The translations under genes were made by a program, and so were the position numbers. DNA of 64,000 bases from Chloroflexota bacterium (GTDB taxonomy: Bacteria > Chloroflexota > Dehalococcoidia > Bin125): contig JAPOXK010000021.1 of the NCBI GenBank assembly GCA_026707145.1, positions 169,588 through 233,587 of the forward strand. Reading direction: 5' to 3'. The notes below the pieces were generated by a model. It searched no databases and was not told the origin of the DNA. It saw nothing but the letters and a program-made list of their open reading frames with translations. The stretch's first letter is position 1. The number at the start of each line of letters is the position of its first letter. Positions 28,031-36,848 of this stretch are shown piece by piece.

Positions 28031-30343
28031 CTAGCCGGGGTCCAGCGGCCGGTCGAAGTTCGCCCGCAGGAAGTTTACCAGGTCCCAGCGCTCCTGCTCG
28101 CTCAACTCGTCGCTCCAGGCCGGCATCCCCGTGCCGCGGATCCCGTCGCTGATCCAGGCGAACAGCACGCCGTCGGGATGGAAGGGCACGTGCACGCGGA
28201 AGTTGGCTGGCGGCGCGGGCAACGTCCTTGCCAGCGGCCCGTCCCCCAACCCGTCTTCGCCGTGGCACTGCGCGCAGTTCGTCGCGAACAGCGCGGCGCC
28301 GTTGGCGATCGATTCCGCGGTCCGCTCCACTGGGTTCTCCTGCGTCCGCCCCGGCTCCACTTCCAAGCCCCAGAGCAGGACCACCGCCGTCGCCATGCAC
28401 AGGGCTCCCGCCGCCAGCGACAGATCGCCCGCGCGCGACGATACGCGCTTGCGCAGCGGCGCCCGGTAGGCAATCAAGAGACCGGCTCCCACCGCCGCCC
28501 ATAGGGCCCCGATCCCGTTCCAGTCGAACTGTGTGATCGGCAGGCTCAGCGCGCCCGGCTGCGCCTGCCCGAAGGGCAGCACTTCGATGAATCCTTGCTC
28601 GACGCTGGTCGTGATCCCGCCGATCACGTCGTCTGAGCGCTCGCGCCGGACCTCAATGTCGACATCCCAGGAGCCGGCCAACCCGAAGAACGCACCCTCG
28701 ATCACGTAGCGGCCGTCCTCCGGCTCCGCGGGTATGATCACGGGGCCCACGCTCGGATCTTCGTAGCGGAAGTGGAGCCGGACTTCCGTGACTCGATCGG
28801 CCGTGTCGCCGCTTTCCCGTTCGAGATCTATCGCGTAGCGGTTTATCCCCACAAGATTCGGCTCGATCGTCAACCGCGCCGTCAGATCGCTGAGCGCGAT
28901 CGTCTCGCTGATCGCGCGTTCCTTCTGGACCGCAGCGACCGCCGGCAGCTCGCTCCGAGCCGACGGTAGCTGCGTCAAGGCGGCGCTTGCTGCGAGCACG
29001 GCCAGCGCCAGCCCCAGCTCTATCCGCATCAGCGTGCGGAAGCGGCGCTCCAGCCGCGAATTCTCGAGCCCCGCGGTCCCCGCCCGCTGGGATCGCGGGC
29101 GCAGCGCCAGCCCGTTCGTCGCCGCCACCAAGAACAAGAGAGCCAGCAGCCCCAGCTTTGCCAGCATCGCCACGCCCCAGGATGTGTCGATGAAACCGCG
29201 CAGGATCGGTACTTCGGCCAGCAGGCTGAGGAGACCCGCCGTGATCAAGATCGGGACACAGCCCGCCGCTGCCCAGGAGAAGCGGCGCACGGCTTCGATC
29301 TGGAACGTGCGCCGCTGCTGTGGCTCCGCGGCTCGGCGTGTGGACCACAGCGTCCACACCAGCGCCGCGAGCATTCCGATCCACACGGCCGCCGCTGCCA
29401 GGTGCAGCGCGTCGAACAATGTGGCCCAGATCCAACCTTGGTCCAGCGCCGCGCCGTGGCTCACGCTCGCAAAGCTTCCGATCAGTCCTGCGCCCAAGAA
29501 CAAGAGCGTGAGCAGCGCCTCCCGTGATGTCCGTAGCCATGGTCGCCATTGCGTCGCCAGTAGCAGCGCCGCCGCCATGATGAGGAACAGCCAGCGGATC
29601 AGCAGCCACAGCCCGTTGCGTGTGTCGAACAGCGCTTCGTCCAGGAATGCCAAGCCACCCAGCCGCAGCGCAGCGGAGGCCGCGTCGTAGCCCGTCGTGC
29701 AGATCAGCAGCACGACCGCGAGGGTCGCTCCCTCCCAGGCGTAGGTCAGCGCCGCCCCCGCGAAGCGTGGCCCGGCTCCTCCGACCAGGCGCGCGGCCGG
29801 GCGCGCGGCCCACAACGCGAACAGCGCGCCGCCCACCAACCCGATGAGTGCTGTGAAGCTGAACCACTTCACCGCCGCGTCGGCACCGGCTGGCGGTCCG
29901 GGCCGGGAGAGATCCGGCGCGAAGACCGTCCCGGCCGGTGTGTTCCCGTCCGGATGCAGCACCGTGAACGAGAACGAGCCCGTCCAGGTGTGCCCGTCTA
30001 CCTCGGACAGCGTTCGCCAAGCGACGGTGTAGATCCCCGGATCGAGCGGCTCGACCCGGGTGCTCATCTGCGTGGCATCCTCGGGGTTGAACAGCACGCT
30101 GCCCCGATCCACGCGCCGCCCCAGGCTGTCGAGCACCTCGATCCCCGAGAAGTCTTGCTGGAGGGGCTCCGTCATGATCAGGTTCACGAGCCGTGGGGAT
30201 TCCCGCAACGTAGCGTTGATCGGTGGATCCGAGCGCTCTAGCAGCGCGTGGCTGGCGGCCGGCTCGGCGGAGAGCCAGAGCCAAGCGACGAGGCCGCCGA
30301 GCGCCACTAGCGCGAAGAGCGCGCGGGCCGCGCGAGTGGTCAC
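28031..30343 (-). CDS. Copper resistance/transport fusion protein: CopC - CopD (multi-TM) - YtkA/FixH-like domain - class I cytochrome c
   Basis: N-terminal signal + CopC motif AASHALLERSDPP…, a CopD-like polytopic membrane region, a soluble beta-rich domain (RLTIEPNLVGINRYAIDLERESG…), and a C-terminal CAQCHGEDG…GTGMPAW (CxxCH haem site plus Met ligand). 770 aa. Confidence 0.8.
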   Translation of the reverse strand: MTTRAARALFALVALGGLVAWLWLSAEPAASHALLERSDPPINATLRESPRLVNLIMTEPLQQDFSGIEVLDSLGRRVDRGSVLFNPEDATQMSTRVEPLDPGIYTVAWRTLSEVDGHTWTGSFSFTVLHPDGNTPAGTVFAPDLSRPGPPAGADAAVKWFSFTALIGLVGGALFALWAARPAARLVGGAGPRFAGAALTYAWEGATLAVVLLICTTGYDAASAALRLGGLAFLDEALFDTRNGLWLLIRWLFLIMAAALLLATQWRPWLRTSREALLTLLFLGAGLIGSFASVSHGAALDQGWIWATLFDALHLAAAAVWIGMLAALVWTLWSTRRAAEPQQRRTFQIEAVRRFSWAAAGCVPILITAGLLSLLAEVPILRGFIDTSWGVAMLAKLGLLALLFLVAATNGLALRPRSQRAGTAGLENSRLERRFRTLMRIELGLALAVLAASAALTQLPSARSELPAVAAVQKERAISETIALSDLTARLTIEPNLVGINRYAIDLERESGDTADRVTEVRLHFRYEDPSVGPVIIPAEPEDGRYVIEGAFFGLAGSWDVDIEVRRERSDDVIGGITTSVEQGFIEVLPFGQAQPGALSLPITQFDWNGIGALWAAVGAGLLIAYRAPLRKRVSSRAGDLSLAAGALCMATAVVLLWGLEVEPGRTQENPVERTAESIANGAALFATNCAQCHGEDGLGDGPLARTLPAPPANFRVHVPFHPDGVLFAWISDGIRGTGMPAWSDELSEQERWDLVNFLRANFDRPLDPG

Positions 30344-31389
30344 GGCGCCTCAGCCGGATCTGCCGGAAGCGATCCGCGCCAGTCGTGCGTCCCGTGAAGT
30401 TCACCCGGAACGAGAATCGTCTGTGTTCTGCGCGTGCTCACTTCGGCGAGGTAGCTTCCGAATGTTCCGCGCAGGAGGATGTGCCGCCCGTCTTGGGACC
30501 AAGCGAAGTCGGGCTGATCCTCCTGCACGCCCGTGAGCCGGTGCAGTCCACTGCCGTCCGGGCGGATCAGCCAGACGTCCTGGACGCCGTTGCTGCGGCT
30601 GTGCACGGCGGACTTCGGCTGGCTGGACACCACCCGCCCCTCTCCCGAAGCCGCTACCGCGATCCATGCGCCATCGGGCGAGAACTGGGGCAGGCGGAAG
30701 ACGGCCAGACCGTCGCTGAGTGTGAGGAGCGGCGTCCGCTCGCCCGTCTCCAGGTTCAGCACCGAGAGCTTGTGTGCAAGCGCGGGGTCGTCGACGAACA
30801 CCAGCAGCCGTCCGTCGGGCGAGAGCGCCGGATCTCGCGCGTTCGTCACCAAGATCTCGCTCTCACCCGTTGTCAGGTTGACCCGCTCGGCGTTGACCTG
30901 GAAGGCGCGGCCTGCGTCGTCCGGTTGATTCAGTTGGTGTGCGTAAACGAGCGATTCCTGATCGGGTGACCACTGCGGCGTCCACACGAACGATCCCTCG
31001 CCTCTCGGTGTGACGACGACGCGCCCTCCGTCATCAAGGCCGGCTACCCGAATGTCGCTGAGTACCGTGACCCCTTCGCTTCCACTGAAAATCGCCAAGC
31101 GCACATAGGCCACCGCTTGGCCGTCGGGCGAGATCCGCGGCGATAGGTACGAGACGTTCAAGCTGGGCGCGACCACCAGTTTCCGCAGGTCGCCGTTCCG
31201 TTCCAGCTGGAGGTCCCCTCCGACCGAGTAGATGCTGAGCCCGGGTACGCCGAACGCCTTGCCCTCATCGACGGTCAGCGTCTGCGGGGGCGAGGGAGCG
31301 CTCTGCTCGGTTGGAGGCGCATCGCTTCCGCAAGCGGCGGTTGTCGATCCCGCTACGAGCAGCGCCGCCGCTGCGAGGAGAGCCCTCAC
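30340..31389 (-). CDS. PD40/TolB-like beta-propeller lipoprotein
   Basis: Lipobox LLVAGSTTAAC. Repeated SPDG/PD40 motifs (RISPDGQAVAY, WSPDQESLVY, LSPDGRLLVF, FSPDGAWIAV, SQDGRHILL). 4-nt overlaps with both neighbours. Confidence 0.7.
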   Translation of the reverse strand: MRALLAAAALLVAGSTTAACGSDAPPTEQSAPSPPQTLTVDEGKAFGVPGLSIYSVGGDLQLERNGDLRKLVVAPSLNVSYLSPRISPDGQAVAYVRLAIFSGSEGVTVLSDIRVAGLDDGGRVVVTPRGEGSFVWTPQWSPDQESLVYAHQLNQPDDAGRAFQVNAERVNLTTGESEILVTNARDPALSPDGRLLVFVDDPALAHKLSVLNLETGERTPLLTLSDGLAVFRLPQFSPDGAWIAVAASGEGRVVSSQPKSAVHSRSNGVQDVWLIRPDGSGLHRLTGVQEDQPDFAWSQDGRHILLRGTFGSYLAEVSTRRTQTILVPGELHGTHDWRGSLPADPAEAP

Positions 31390-32114
31390 GATCTCCGATC
31401 CTTCCTGGCCTTGATCAAGCGACCCCCGGCTAGCCCTGCTACCGTCACTGCACTCACGATCGCCAGCGCGATCGGTCCCGCGCTGATCCCGCCCTCGTCC
31501 GGCTCCACGGCCGGCGGCAGGGTGACCGGATCGAGGGCATCCACTGTCCTCTCCTCAGTCGCTTCGGTTTGCCCTTGCCCGGGTCCGTCACCGGGGTATG
31601 GAATCAAGAGCTCTTCGGCGAGAGCACGGTCGCTCGCCCTGTCGGCAGCTGTGGGAGGATATAGGACATAAAAAGAATAACGACCAGAATCGGCGTCGCC
31701 ATCCTCAGCGGAGAGGTTGGTCCACTCGACGATGTAGCGGCCCGGCGGGAGCGGCTCCGCGACGCTGGAGAAGAGGTGCTGGCGGTCGGCGCTATCGATC
31801 AGCGCTTCACTCACAAGCCTTGCGGTCCCGCTGGAGTCCAGCAGGCGGATCGTGTTCGCGCCCTGGCGGCGGAACAGCTGCTGGCTGAACCAGAGATCGA
31901 TCCGATCCGGCGCTGTCGCCAGCTCAGCGGCGAACGCGGGCTCGGAGCGGACGTAGCTGGCGTGCGCCTCGACATGGCTGGGCCAGAGAAGGCCGCCGAT
32001 CACGACCGCGATGGCGGCGATGCTGAAGAGGAGGCGCGCCAACGTCCGATCTGAGCCACCAATGGCCCTGACCTGGGGTGAGTGTCTATTCGTGTCGGTT
32101 CTCCTCGTGCTCAC
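31386..32114 (-). CDS. CopC-domain copper-binding protein with C-terminal membrane anchor
   Basis: Signal/TM followed by HASYVRSEPAFAAELATAPDRIDLWFSQ (CopC-like His-x-x-Leu-x-x-S-x-P start), a beta-rich domain, and a C-terminal TM (GPIALAIVSAVTVAGLAGG). Confidence 0.65.
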   Translation of the reverse strand: MSTRRTDTNRHSPQVRAIGGSDRTLARLLFSIAAIAVVIGGLLWPSHVEAHASYVRSEPAFAAELATAPDRIDLWFSQQLFRRQGANTIRLLDSSGTARLVSEALIDSADRQHLFSSVAEPLPPGRYIVEWTNLSAEDGDADSGRYSFYVLYPPTAADRASDRALAEELLIPYPGDGPGQGQTEATEERTVDALDPVTLPPAVEPDEGGISAGPIALAIVSAVTVAGLAGGRLIKARKDRRS

Positions 32115-32793
32115 TGTTCTGGTCGCTCTCCTCGCCGTCCCCGTCTGTCATGCCGTCAGCCTCCATGTCATGCTCCTCGGCGGACTGCTCGTGACTCGGT
32201 ACGGCTTGGTGATCGTGTGTGGGCGGCTCTGTGGAATCGCTGATCGCGGGCGGGGGCGGCACTGCTTCTCCCGCCAGAAAGGCGTTCACTGATTCCTCGA
32301 AGGCGTGGGCATGGGCGTGCACGACCCGCGCGGGGCGTCCGGCCGCTTGCGCGTCGTCGTCCAAGATCGGCCCCTCCAGGGTTTGCAGCGCGGCGAGGAA
32401 TCCCGCTACGTGCGCATCCAGATCGGTCGGCCAGATCGGCGCCTGCAGGGTGTTGATAGCGCGGATCACGATCCCGGGATGGGTGGCGTGGATCGTGCGC
32501 TCGTTGTTGATCACTTCGTCCATCGAGTGAAACTGCGCCACTTGGAGCGCCGGCAACGACGACACCAGCAGCGCACGGTCCGCCGTCTCGCCGGCGCGCT
32601 CCAGCAGGCCGCGCAGCTCCGCCACCTCTTGCTGAAGCGCCTCGAACTCCGATCTATTCACCTCGCCGCCGCCGCAGGCTGCAGCCAATACAGCCGCCGC
32701 GGCCAGCATTCCGCAAGCCGGCAGCATCAGCCGCTTCCGCAGCTTCGATCCAAACAGAAACGGTTCCATGAGTGAACAACTCTTTCGTCGCAA
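32086..32793 (-). CDS. His-rich acidic lipoprotein, probable metal-binding protein
   Basis: Lipobox LAAACGG after the internal Met (MEPFLFGSKLRKRLMLPACGMLAAAAV). C-terminal VVHAHAHAFEE…HDHQAVPSHEQSAEEHDMEADGMTDGDGEESD is rich in His, Asp and Glu. Lies in an operon with CopC/CopD genes. Confidence 0.55.
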   Translation of the reverse strand: MRRKSCSLMEPFLFGSKLRKRLMLPACGMLAAAAVLAAACGGGEVNRSEFEALQQEVAELRGLLERAGETADRALLVSSLPALQVAQFHSMDEVINNERTIHATHPGIVIRAINTLQAPIWPTDLDAHVAGFLAALQTLEGPILDDDAQAAGRPARVVHAHAHAFEESVNAFLAGEAVPPPPAISDSTEPPTHDHQAVPSHEQSAEEHDMEADGMTDGDGEESDQNSEHEENRHE

Positions 32794-32866
32794 AGGTAGA
32801 GCCCCTTGCCGGTGCGCAGGGTTGAGGTGCAGCTGGGACGGCTGCTCCGCGAAGCGGGTGGGGGAG

Positions 32867-33274
32867 CTATCGCGGCGGGGGCGTCGGAGGCCGGACTGCT
32901 GGCAGCCCAGCCCAGTGCTTGGCTGTGGTGATCGCTGCCAGCACCGGCACCGGCAGCTCGGGAGCCGGCGTGGCCGCGGCGATCATCAGAGGCACTGCAC
33001 TGGATCCCAACCCGCCGCTGTCACCGTGGCCGTGCGCGTGGTGACTGGCCGTCGTTGGACCGTGTGTGGCAGTTGGTTCGCTGGCGTTGGGACCGTGGTG
33101 GCCTTGGAGAATGGCGGTCGGCCCCAAATCGAAGACGGCGGGGGCCGGCAGGTGGTCTAGATAGGACAGTGCCGGTAGCCAGGCCAAGAGCAAGATCGTC
33201 GCGATCCAGGCAGGTCGCCTCAGCAAGGGAGATTGCGCGCGAGGGAAGGCCCGGATCGCGAGCGTGGCTGCCAT
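32867..33274 (-). CDS. Hypothetical His-rich membrane protein
   Basis: Two hydrophobic helices and a His-rich loop QGHHGPNASEPTATHGPTTASHHAHGHGD. First gene of the apparent copper cluster. The start is chosen at the internal Met; it could be shorter or longer. Confidence 0.4.
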   Translation of the reverse strand: MAATLAIRAFPRAQSPLLRRPAWIATILLLAWLPALSYLDHLPAPAVFDLGPTAILQGHHGPNASEPTATHGPTTASHHAHGHGDSGGLGSSAVPLMIAAATPAPELPVPVLAAITTAKHWAGLPAVRPPTPPPR

Positions 33275-33514
33275 GCTTTGCAGCGTACACTCCCGCGATT
33301 CAGGCGCGCCAGACGATGGCTGGAGAGCAGGACGTTCGTCATCTCGCCATCCGGTGCGTGCGCCGTCTCCGTCGTTGGTCAATGATTCCGAGAGCCGCGA
33401 TGCCGCTAGGTTCGCCCATTAACGACTGGAATGCCGCCGCCCCGGCGCCTTGGAGCGGGATGCCCCCCCGGGGGGGGCTGGGAGCGTGTCCCGACCGGGC
33501 AAGCGGCGGCTTGT

Positions 33515-34672
33515 TTACTGCACGCCGTAGAGGCTCTCGAGGGTGGCGTCCTCGGGGGCGCCGGGGAAGACGGAGCCGGTGACGCGGTTGGCGACGCGCT
33601 GGCGGATGGCGGTGTAGAAGTTATCGGGCAGTTGGATGTAACCCACCTCGGGCGAATCGATGATGGGCCGGCCGTCGGAGAGATAGTAATCCACGAAGGC
33701 GGCGACCTCCGGCCGGTCGAGGCTGCTGGCCTTCACGTAGATGAGGAGCGGCCGCGAGAGGGGAGCGTAGGAGCCATCGTTGACGGTGGCGGTGGTGGGG
33801 AAGACGGGGCCGGCGCCGCCGTCGATGGGGACGGCTTGGAGATTCTCCTGGTTGTTGATGTAGTAGGAGAAGCCGAAGTAGCCGATCCCGCCGAGCTCGT
33901 TGGCGACGCCGATGACCAGAACGTTGTCATCTTCGGAGAAGGTGGTGTTGTCCTGGCGCTGGACGCCGCTCTCATCGTTGATGGTTTCGGTGAAGTAATC
34001 GAAGGTGCCGGAGTCCACACCGGGGGAGAAGATCACGATCTCCTCGTCGGGGAAGCCGGCGCGTACGGCGGCCCAGGTTTCGGCGTAGTCGTCGGGCCGG
34101 AAGATGTGATGGAGTTCGGCCACGGTGAGGTGGTCGGCCCAATCGTTCTCGGGGTTGACGACGACGGTGAGGCCGTCGAAGGCGACGGGGACCTCGATGA
34201 AGTCGATGCCGTTCGCGGCGCACTCTTCGATCTCGCTCTCCTTGATGATGCGCGAGGCGTTCGAGACATCGGTCTCGCCGGCGCAGAAGCGCTTGAAGCC
34301 GCCGCCGCTGCCGGAGACACCCACGGTCACCCGCACATCGGTGATGAGGCCGAACTCTTCGGCGATCCCCTCGGTGATGGGGAAGACGGTGCTAGAGCCG
34401 TCGACCTCGACGTTGCCGCTGAGCTCCGAGAGGTCCATCTCATCCATCATCTCGGATTCGTCGGCAGGTTGGGTCAACTCTTGGGTGGCGGCCGTCGTGC
34501 CCCCGGCTGGCGCTGAACTGGGCGCAGCTTCCTCATCGTCGCCGCCACAGGCGACGAGCGCGATCGAGAGCACCGCCATGGCTGTGATCAATAGCAGCCA
34601 CGGGTACCGTCGCGGTTGCTGGATAGGGCCCGCCCGGCAGGCCAACCTTCGATAGCCAATCGCTCGTTTCAT
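33515..34672 (-). CDS. PstS-family phosphate-binding lipoprotein (orphan, no pstCAB adjacent)
   Basis: PBP motifs [22 protein letters not shown] and TFDYFTE. Lipobox LVACGG. An acidic Ser/Glu-rich linker follows the signal peptide. Confidence 0.75.
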   Translation of the reverse strand: MKRAIGYRRLACRAGPIQQPRRYPWLLLITAMAVLSIALVACGGDDEEAAPSSAPAGGTTAATQELTQPADESEMMDEMDLSELSGNVEVDGSSTVFPITEGIAEEFGLITDVRVTVGVSGSGGGFKRFCAGETDVSNASRIIKESEIEECAANGIDFIEVPVAFDGLTVVVNPENDWADHLTVAELHHIFRPDDYAETWAAVRAGFPDEEIVIFSPGVDSGTFDYFTETINDESGVQRQDNTTFSEDDNVLVIGVANELGGIGYFGFSYYINNQENLQAVPIDGGAGPVFPTTATVNDGSYAPLSRPLLIYVKASSLDRPEVAAFVDYYLSDGRPIIDSPEVGYIQLPDNFYTAIRQRVANRVTGSVFPGAPEDATLESLYGVQ

Positions 34673-34821
34673 GGATCCTCCTTCTGGCAAGAGGCTATGA
34701 ATCCTCTTTCTCGGATGGGTTAGGGAAGGATTAACGCCCTATCAACGAACAGTTAACGCTCAGGAAGTCGAATATCCGTCCGGCTCCGGTGCCTGTAGTG
34801 ACCCTAGCGTTGACGGTGGGA

Positions 34822-35589
34822 CTACTGAGGCGCCATACGCAGGGCTGCGTCGAGCCGGATCACCTCGCCGTTGAGATAGCGATTCTCGATGATCTGCCGC
34901 ACCAGCAGGGCGTATTCCGGCGCGTCGCCGAGTCGCGATGGATACGGAACCGATTCTCCCAGCGCCTGCCGTACCTCATCCGGTACGCGCGCGAGTAAGG
35001 GCGTGTCGAACAGTCCGGGCGCGATCGTCACGTTGCGGATCCCGTGGCGCGCCAGATCTCGGGCGATCGGCAACGTCATTCCCGCGATCCCGCCCTTCGA
35101 GGCCGCATAGGCGGCCTGACCGATCTGGCCGTCGAAAGCAGCGATCGAGGCCGTGTTGATGATCACGCCCCGCTCTCCGTCGGCGCCCGGCTGGTTCTCC
35201 AGCATCGCCGTCGCCGCCAGCCGGATCGTGTTAAAGGTCCCGATCAGGTTGACCTCCACGATCTGGCGGAACCAGTCCAGTGGTGCGGGCCCGCGCTTGC
35301 CTGTGACCCGCTGCGACCCTCCGATGCCGGCGCAGTTGATCGCGATCTCCAGCCGTCCGAATCTATCGGCCGCCTCTTTCACGGCGGCCTCCATCGCCTC
35401 CGGCGACGTCACATCGCCCCGCAGGTAGTGTCCTTGCTCGCCCAGCTCGTCCGCCAGCGCCTCGCCCTTGGCATCGTCGAGATCCACCAACACCAGGCGC
35501 GCCTGCTCTTCCGCCAACATCCGCGCCGTGGCTGCTCCTAGCCCGGACGCTCCGCCCGTGATCAACGCGACTCGCTGTTTGAGATCCAC
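34822..35589 (-). CDS. Short-chain dehydrogenase/reductase (3-hydroxyacyl-CoA dehydrogenase type-2-like)
   Basis: TGGASGLG Rossmann motif, NCAG, catalytic YAASKGG, and PG. 255 aa. Confidence 0.85.
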   Translation of the reverse strand: MDLKQRVALITGGASGLGAATARMLAEEQARLVLVDLDDAKGEALADELGEQGHYLRGDVTSPEAMEAAVKEAADRFGRLEIAINCAGIGGSQRVTGKRGPAPLDWFRQIVEVNLIGTFNTIRLAATAMLENQPGADGERGVIINTASIAAFDGQIGQAAYAASKGGIAGMTLPIARDLARHGIRNVTIAPGLFDTPLLARVPDEVRQALGESVPYPSRLGDAPEYALLVRQIIENRYLNGEVIRLDAALRMAPQ

Positions 35590-35741
35590 TTCTTGTTCCT
35601 CCTATCGGAAGCTGCCTTGAGGCGCTGCTGCCCACGATGCCAACTCCCGGCGCTTCGGGCCACTACCGGCCGCCGTCTGGTGATACCTTCGACGCTGATT
35701 GCGACGGCTGGCAGGCGGCGAGAGGGGCCCGGGGGTGATCT

Positions 35742-36812
35742 ATGGCCATGGGCGCGATCGTCATGCTCCTCGATGCCTGCTCTTGGGCGGTCGCGGGCAC
35801 GATCATCACCGCCAAGCTGGCGCGGGTCGACTTCCTCTCCATCGCCACCTCCCGCAGCGTGTTCGGCTTCCTCTTCGTCTTTCCCGCCATGTTCGTCTTA
35901 GGGGCGCAGGCCGACCTCTGGGGGATGAGTTTCCACACGATGTGGCAGCTCGTCGTTGGCGGTCTGGTCGCCTACGTGCTGGCGGAGCCGGGCTACGTGC
36001 TCAGCCTGGGGCTGCTTGGCCTCACGCGCGGCTACACCGTGGTCATCGGTCTCTTCAGTCTGTTCTCCTACGTCTTCCCCGCCGTCTTCCTCGGTGAGCC
36101 GATCGGCCTGCAGGAGGCCCTGGGCGGGGTGGTGATCATCGTGGGCGTCTACATCGTCGCCCTCTACGGCCGCCGCAGACCCCTGCGCGTGGGTGAGGAA
36201 CGGGGGGAGCCGCTGGCGAGCTCTGGAGATCATGGACCCCGCTGCCGGCGCTGGCTCTCGCGTTCCCGGCGGCGATCGGGCGGCGGTCTCCGTCCCATCA
36301 GCGGCGGCAGCGGCCTCACCGAAGCGGTTGCCCCCGGTCCCTCCTCATCCGTCCGCATCCCGGGCACGCCGATCCGCCTGTCGCGCATTCTCCTCGGATC
36401 GCTCGTGGCCCTGCTCACCGCCATCGCCTGGGCGGGAGACACGACCTTGCTGCGCGCCATCGCCGATCCCTTCGACGCCTCCGCGGTAGCCGTGATCCAG
36501 ATCGCTCCGGGCGCCTTGGTGATCGCACTGGTGCTCCTCGTGATCCGCCGCGGACGCGTCTTCCAAGGCGCTTTCACGCCGCGGGCGGGTCTCGTGCTCG
36601 GTCTCACCGGGGCGGCCACGACGGGCCTCGGTACTATCCTGCTGGTATTCGCGATCGGCGAGATCGGCCCCGGCCCGGTCGCCGTGCTCTTCGCCATGTC
36701 GACGATCTTCGCCATGCCGCTGAGCGCGATCGTCCTCAAGGAGCGCGTCACGATCTGGGGCGTGCTCGGCGCCGCCGTCGCGGTTGGCGGCGTCGCCCTG
36801 CTGGCCCTCTAG
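35742..36812 (+). CDS. DMT-superfamily (EamA-like) transporter, paralog 1
   Basis: 10-TM EamA-like architecture (two 5-TM halves) with a ~70-aa Arg/Gly/Ser-rich cytoplasmic linker. Confidence 0.75.
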   Translation: MAMGAIVMLLDACSWAVAGTIITAKLARVDFLSIATSRSVFGFLFVFPAMFVLGAQADLWGMSFHTMWQLVVGGLVAYVLAEPGYVLSLGLLGLTRGYTVVIGLFSLFSYVFPAVFLGEPIGLQEALGGVVIIVGVYIVALYGRRRPLRVGEERGEPLASSGDHGPRCRRWLSRSRRRSGGGLRPISGGSGLTEAVAPGPSSSVRIPGTPIRLSRILLGSLVALLTAIAWAGDTTLLRAIADPFDASAVAVIQIAPGALVIALVLLVIRRGRVFQGAFTPRAGLVLGLTGAATTGLGTILLVFAIGEIGPGPVAVLFAMSTIFAMPLSAIVLKERVTIWGVLGAAVAVGGVALLAL

Positions 36813-36848
36813 CGGCGCTCGGGCCGAAGACGGATCGGAGCGCGCAGC

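Noticed and set aside
28653-30404. 583-aa minus-strand ORF in an alternative frame of the CopCD fusion gene
   Set aside because: Same strand but a different frame. Extremely Arg/Gly/Ala-rich with no TM or CopC motifs, whereas the annotated frame has coherent CopC/CopD/cytochrome c features.
33431-34516. 361-aa plus-strand ORF
   Set aside because: Antisense to the PstS-like gene. Its Gly/Asp/Glu/Val low-complexity is the mirror image of the acidic codons on the real strand.
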